This document shows positions 15,547-18,463 of a stretch of DNA of 18,463 bases, piece after piece. The position numbers and the translations under genes are program-made. The notes below the pieces were generated by a model. It saw only the letters and a list, made by a program, of their open reading frames with translations, was not told the DNA's origin and did not search any database. The number at the start of each line of letters is the position of its first letter. Position 1 is the stretch's first letter. Origin of the DNA: a virus (taxonomy: Duplodnaviria > Heunggongvirae > Uroviricota > Caudoviricetes); the IMG/VR virus record IMGVR_UViG_2703718769_000006; one strand, 5' to 3'.

Positions 15547-15715
15547 TCCATCCGTATTTTCCGGCAAGATAAAGATATATTGCGTCAAAGCCATAAATAG
15601 TCCTTGGATACCCCTCTTTAATAGCCAGAGAGTCCCCGAAGCATTCAAGAAAGTAATTTGAGCGGGCTGTTTCGTAATGAAAATTCCAGCGAGCCTGATT
15701 GAGTTTTTTGTCCAT
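15425..15715 (-). CDS. Small hypothetical protein B (96 aa), antisense to the pR operon
   Basis: ATG at 15715 preceded by GGAGGATAA. The conserved leader element lies exactly 58 nt upstream, as at gene A. Confidence 0.5.
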   Translation of the reverse strand: MDKKLNQARWNFHYETARSNYFLECFGDSLAIKEGYPRTIYGFDAIYLYLAGKYGWTIAQCRSMSTEDIRLALATELEAWTPPQDVMIDECLSRND

Positions 15716-15774
15716 TTATCCTCCATTGTTGCTCTGTTTTGAAAAATGGAGACCTTCACGCTGCAACGTGAGGT

Positions 15775-15803
15775 CGTGCGCCGGACACGGGTAAACATCC
15801 GGT
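15775..15803 (-). promoter_or_regulatory. Conserved leader element, copy B
   Basis: Minus strand reads CCGGATGTTTACCCGTGTCCGGCGCACGA (27 of 29 positions match 7166-7194), followed by the hairpin CCTCACG-N6-CGTGAAGG, then 58 nt to the ATG of protein B. Confidence 0.5.
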
Positions 15804-15848
15804 ATTCAAAATTTAATGTTAACGAATTTTTAATATTGAGGTTATGAC

Positions 15849-16106
15849 GTGAACAACAAAATCAATATTCCTCTCGAAATTAAAGAAATTAACGAAATCA
15901 TTGAGGTTACTGATCGCCCCGAGTTTACCCTCATGCACCGTTATGAAACGGGAACCGACGAGCAAAAATACATCATGGTTGCAGCATTGGCTGTGATGGC
16001 GATAGAAAGGGAGCGGAGGGAAAAGGACGTAATGGTTATTCCGGCGAGAAATGATTCACCGGATTTGAGATGGCAGGAGCCGGAGTGGGATGTGGCAATC
16101 CGGTGA
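15849..16106 (+). CDS. Hypothetical protein (85 aa), GTG start
   Basis: GTG at 15849 with TTGAGG 7 nt upstream and TAATAT (15831-15836) as a candidate -10. Divergent from protein B. Confidence 0.45.
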   Translation: MNNKINIPLEIKEINEIIEVTDRPEFTLMHRYETGTDEQKYIMVAALAVMAIERERREKDVMVIPARNDSPDLRWQEPEWDVAIR

Positions 16107-16156
16107 TTGATATTTCTCTGGGGTAAAGCGCCGCCAGAATGACGGCGCGGTGAATT

Positions 16157-16525
16157 TTACGCAGCTTTACCCAGCGTAAAATCAAAGTGGATGTCGTCAT
16201 ACGGAAAAGATGTTCCATTTTCTCCTTTTTCCAGGAGGCCGTTGCTAATCAGTGCGGTTACATCCGTGTGTACGGCTTTTACGTCACGCCCGACCAGAGC
16301 GGCAATCTCACGGATTGACAGTTCTCCGGCACCAGTCATCGCCATGAGTATGTCCATGCGCTTAGGGGTAAGCACTTTATGCATCATTTGCCAGTCTGGG
16401 AATGAAACGATGCTTTCGTTCTTTGACGTCATTCCTTCGGCAACCGCTTTAAAGGCAGACAACACATCTGCCGTGAAAGCATCCATTGATTCAATACGTA
16501 TTGTAACTGTTTTCATATCAGGCAC
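16157..16525 (-). CDS. Predicted HTH DNA-binding protein (122 aa), second gene of a two-gene operon
   Basis: Segment MDILMAMTGAGELSIREIAALVGRDVKAVHTDVTALISNGLLEK resembles a winged HTH. Its start overlaps the upstream ORF stop by 8 nt. Confidence 0.65.
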   Translation of the reverse strand: MPDMKTVTIRIESMDAFTADVLSAFKAVAEGMTSKNESIVSFPDWQMMHKVLTPKRMDILMAMTGAGELSIREIAALVGRDVKAVHTDVTALISNGLLEKGENGTSFPYDDIHFDFTLGKAA

Positions 16526-16805
16526 CTCTGCGAATGGATTCTACATCATGGAGGAAGTCAGCAATGAGTTGCTCGATGGAAACAAAGTGGGTACTGATTT
16601 CCTGAGCACCAATGTGTTTGTGGTCGCCTTTACCTCTTTCGTTGTCGTAGCGCATGACGCAAACACCATCAACAACGTAAGCCATGCTGTATTTGAAGTT
16701 ATGGCGGCTACCAAGAACGGCTGGAGCCACCTCCCAGATTTTAATCCTTATGTATTCGGATTCCCCAAGATGGCGAATGAACTCTTTATACAGTTTGGAT
16801 GGCAT
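16518..16805 (-). CDS. Small protein (95 aa), first gene of the operon; toxin-like partner candidate
   Basis: ATG at 16805 with GGAG 5 nt upstream; a sigma70-like promoter (TTGACA-17-TATCCT on the minus strand) lies immediately upstream. No catalytic motif recognised. Confidence 0.6.
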   Translation of the reverse strand: MPSKLYKEFIRHLGESEYIRIKIWEVAPAVLGSRHNFKYSMAYVVDGVCVMRYDNERGKGDHKHIGAQEISTHFVSIEQLIADFLHDVESIRRGA

Positions 16806-16823
16806 AAAAACTCCGTGTATTTA

Positions 16824-16893
16824 TGTTGTTAAGGATAACAACAGTGCATAGCGTTGTCAATTAATACAACATCAATGCTGAGTTGACGACAAC
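16824..16893. promoter_or_regulatory. Divergent promoter region with palindromic operators
   Basis: Two GTTGT-N8-ACAAC dyads: 16825-16842 (overlapping the -10 TATCCT of the minus promoter) and 16853-16870 (overlapping its -35 TTGACA, plus 16855-16860). A GTTG-ACGA-CAAC dyad (16882-16893) overlaps the -35 of a plus-strand promoter (TTGACG 16883-16888, TATATT 16907-16912). Confidence 0.6.
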
Positions 16894-16969
16894 ACTTATC
16901 CGGGATTATATTCTTCGCACGGTCGAGTTGGCCGTCGGGATTGGAACCCCGGATAGAGACCGCGACAAA

Positions 16970-16995
16970 CACACGCCGCGAGCGTGTTTTTTATT
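16970..16995 (+). terminator. Rho-independent terminator inside the leader upstream of the antirepressor gene
   Basis: ACACGC-CGCGA-GCGTGT followed by TTTTTTATT on the plus strand, about 75 nt downstream of the predicted plus-strand start site and 160 nt upstream of the ATG at 17154. Confidence 0.55.
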
Positions 16996-17153
16996 GTCGT
17001 ATGCACGCGCACATCTGAATTATGGTGGGGCGCATGGGGGAGCTGAAAAGCTCGCCGGTCGGTTTCCCGGTAGTTCCAACCCTGTGCGTCTCACCACCCG
17101 ATGATTGGAACCTTACGGTGGTGATAGTTTAGAAACCACTAGAGGGCGTCATT

Positions 17154-17819
17154 ATGACAACTCAAATCTCTGTTGAAACCATCTCCCCGATTACCCATAA
17201 CCAGATTCCTGTTATTACCACCGAGCTTTTGGCACAACTTTATGGCACCGAAACTAATAACATCAAAGTGAACTATACACGCAATGCCGAGCGTTTTGTT
17301 TGTGGGAAACACTACTTCAAATTGGAAGGGGCTGGATTGCGGGAATTTAAGAATAAGGTTACTCAAAGTAACTTAGTTGCACCGCGTACAAAGCACCTCA
17401 TCCTTTGGACAGAACGCGGGGCAGCCCGTCACGCAAAAATGCTCGAAACTGATCAGGCATGGGAAGTGTTCGAAAAACTGGAAGACTGCTATTTCAGCCA
17501 GGGAAAAACAACACAAACCGAACAGCAGCCGCAGATTCAGCCGCAATTCACAGCAGAAGACATCATCCTACTCTGCTACGTTCAACTCTGGATGGAAAAA
17601 GCACAACAACTCAGTAAGCAGCTATACCCCGTCATGAGAGAACTGAACTCTGATTACTACGGGAAACTGTTTGATCTGGCCTACGAGACTCGTCATATAA
17701 CCAACCGGACTCGCGACACATTGCTCCGCGAAGCAGCAAAACTTGATCCCGCCAACTATATGGTGCATAGGGCCAGAAGCATGCTGGCGCAACTACGGGC
17801 AAGACAATTTGAATTCTGA
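17154..17819 (+). CDS. Phage antirepressor-like protein (ORF6N/Bro-N-type N-terminal domain)
   Basis: N-terminal region …IPVITTELLAQLYGTETNNIKVNYTRNAERFVCGKHYFKLEGAGLREFKN…LILWTERGAARHAKMLETDQAWEVFEKLED is the characteristic ORF6N antirepressor domain pattern. SD AGAGGG 7 nt upstream. Confidence 0.8.
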   Translation: MTTQISVETISPITHNQIPVITTELLAQLYGTETNNIKVNYTRNAERFVCGKHYFKLEGAGLREFKNKVTQSNLVAPRTKHLILWTERGAARHAKMLETDQAWEVFEKLEDCYFSQGKTTQTEQQPQIQPQFTAEDIILLCYVQLWMEKAQQLSKQLYPVMRELNSDYYGKLFDLAYETRHITNRTRDTLLREAAKLDPANYMVHRARSMLAQLRARQFEF

Positions 17820-17873
17820 AACTAAAGGAGCTTCGGCTCCTTTTTTGTTGGGAAAATCCAATGAGAGGGAATA

Positions 17874-18284
17874 ATGAACCAGACTATCTTCCTCCGAAGT
17901 AAGCAGCAGCAACAATTCGCCATTAACGCCATCCTTGCAACAACTCTCGATAAAGACAAACCCGTTACGATCCGCATCACCGATTACAAGCGGAATCTCG
18001 ATCAAAATGCCAAATTTCACGCGATGGTCGCTGATATCTCCCGACAGGTTCAGTGGTGCGGCAGATGGCTAAAACCAGAACAGTGGAAAGTTTTGTTAAT
18101 CAGCGGTCATGCCGTGGCGACAAAACAGGAAGCTGATGTTTTGCCAGGTCTTGAAGGTGAATACGTCAATATCCGCGAAAGCAGTGCGCAGATGAGCGTG
18201 AAGCGTATGGCAAGCCTGATTGAGTACACAACTTCCTGGGCTGTGGAGCAGGGTGTCAGATTTACCGACAGGAGGTATGAATGA
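17874..18284 (+). CDS. ninB: NinB (Orf-family recombination protein)
   Basis: 136-aa product; …[39 protein letters not shown]… parallels lambda NinB (…RSLDQNRKLWACLGDVSRQVEWHGRWLDAESWK…) as recalled. Confidence 0.85.
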   Translation: MNQTIFLRSKQQQQFAINAILATTLDKDKPVTIRITDYKRNLDQNAKFHAMVADISRQVQWCGRWLKPEQWKVLLISGHAVATKQEADVLPGLEGEYVNIRESSAQMSVKRMASLIEYTTSWAVEQGVRFTDRRYE

Positions 18285-18460
18285 GACGACAGCGACGAAG
18301 CATTACCGATATAGTCTGTGAAAACTGCAATTACCTTCCAACGAAACGCTCCCGAAATAAACCCAGGCCAATCCCCAACGAATCTGATGTAAAAACCTTC
18401 AATTATACGTCTCACCTGTGGGATGTCCGGTGGCTCATGTCAACGACGGATGAAAAGTGA
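18281..18460 (+). CDS. ninD: NinD-like small zinc-binding protein (59 aa)
   Basis: Not in the ORF track (below 60 aa). ATG at 18281 overlaps the ninB stop (ATGA). Translation [52 protein letters not shown]… closely parallels lambda NinD as recalled. Confidence 0.7.
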   Translation: MRRQRRSITDIVCENCNYLPTKRSRNKPRPIPNESDVKTFNYTSHLWDVRWLMSTTDEK

Positions 18461-18463
18461 TCC

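Larger units (their letters stand above)
1..18463. mobile_element. Lambdoid prophage, early region (integration, recombination, immunity, replication, start of nin)
   Basis: Gene order int-xis-exo-bet-gam...N-cI-cro-cII-O-P-like...ninB-ninD in lambda-like orientation (pL operon on minus strand, pR operon on plus strand). Prophage ends not identified within the window. Confidence 0.9.

Noticed and set aside
16191-16832. 213-aa plus-strand ORF spanning the two-gene module
   Set aside because: Exactly antisense to both minus-strand genes, which have promoter, SD and operon structure. Its Ser/Ala/Val-rich translation is typical of an antisense frame.
1-18463. CRISPR arrays, insertion sequences, transposases, rRNA or tRNA genes
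   Set aside because: No regularly spaced direct repeats with unique spacers, no terminal inverted repeats flanking a transposase-like ORF, and no tRNA-like cloverleaf candidates were seen. The only extended repeats are the O-gene iteron units and the 29-bp leader element.

Overview
The window is the early (left) arm of a lambdoid prophage, running from just inside the att-proximal end to the start of the nin region. The minus strand carries int, an excisionase-like gene, the lambda Red genes (exo, bet, gam), a large unknown protein coupled to gam, a block of small accessory genes, and a phage-21-type N with nutL and OL. The immunity region follows (cI, tripartite OR, cro, nutR, cII with an oop-like terminator), then an O-like initiator with repeated iteron-like elements, a DnaC-like loader, winged-helix proteins, an autoregulated two-gene module, an antirepressor, ninB and ninD. 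No tRNA, rRNA, CRISPR array or transposase was seen. All calls rest on reading the ORF translations and sequence by eye; no searches were run. The strongest candidates for something undescribed are: (1) a 29-bp element with a downstream hairpin found at the same distance (58 nt) upstream of two unrelated small genes that both run against their surrounding early operons; (2) a toxin-antitoxin-like two-gene operon with palindromic operators, divergent from a terminator-bounded leader upstream of the antirepressor; (3) a 690-aa acidic protein in the kil position, translationally coupled to gam.
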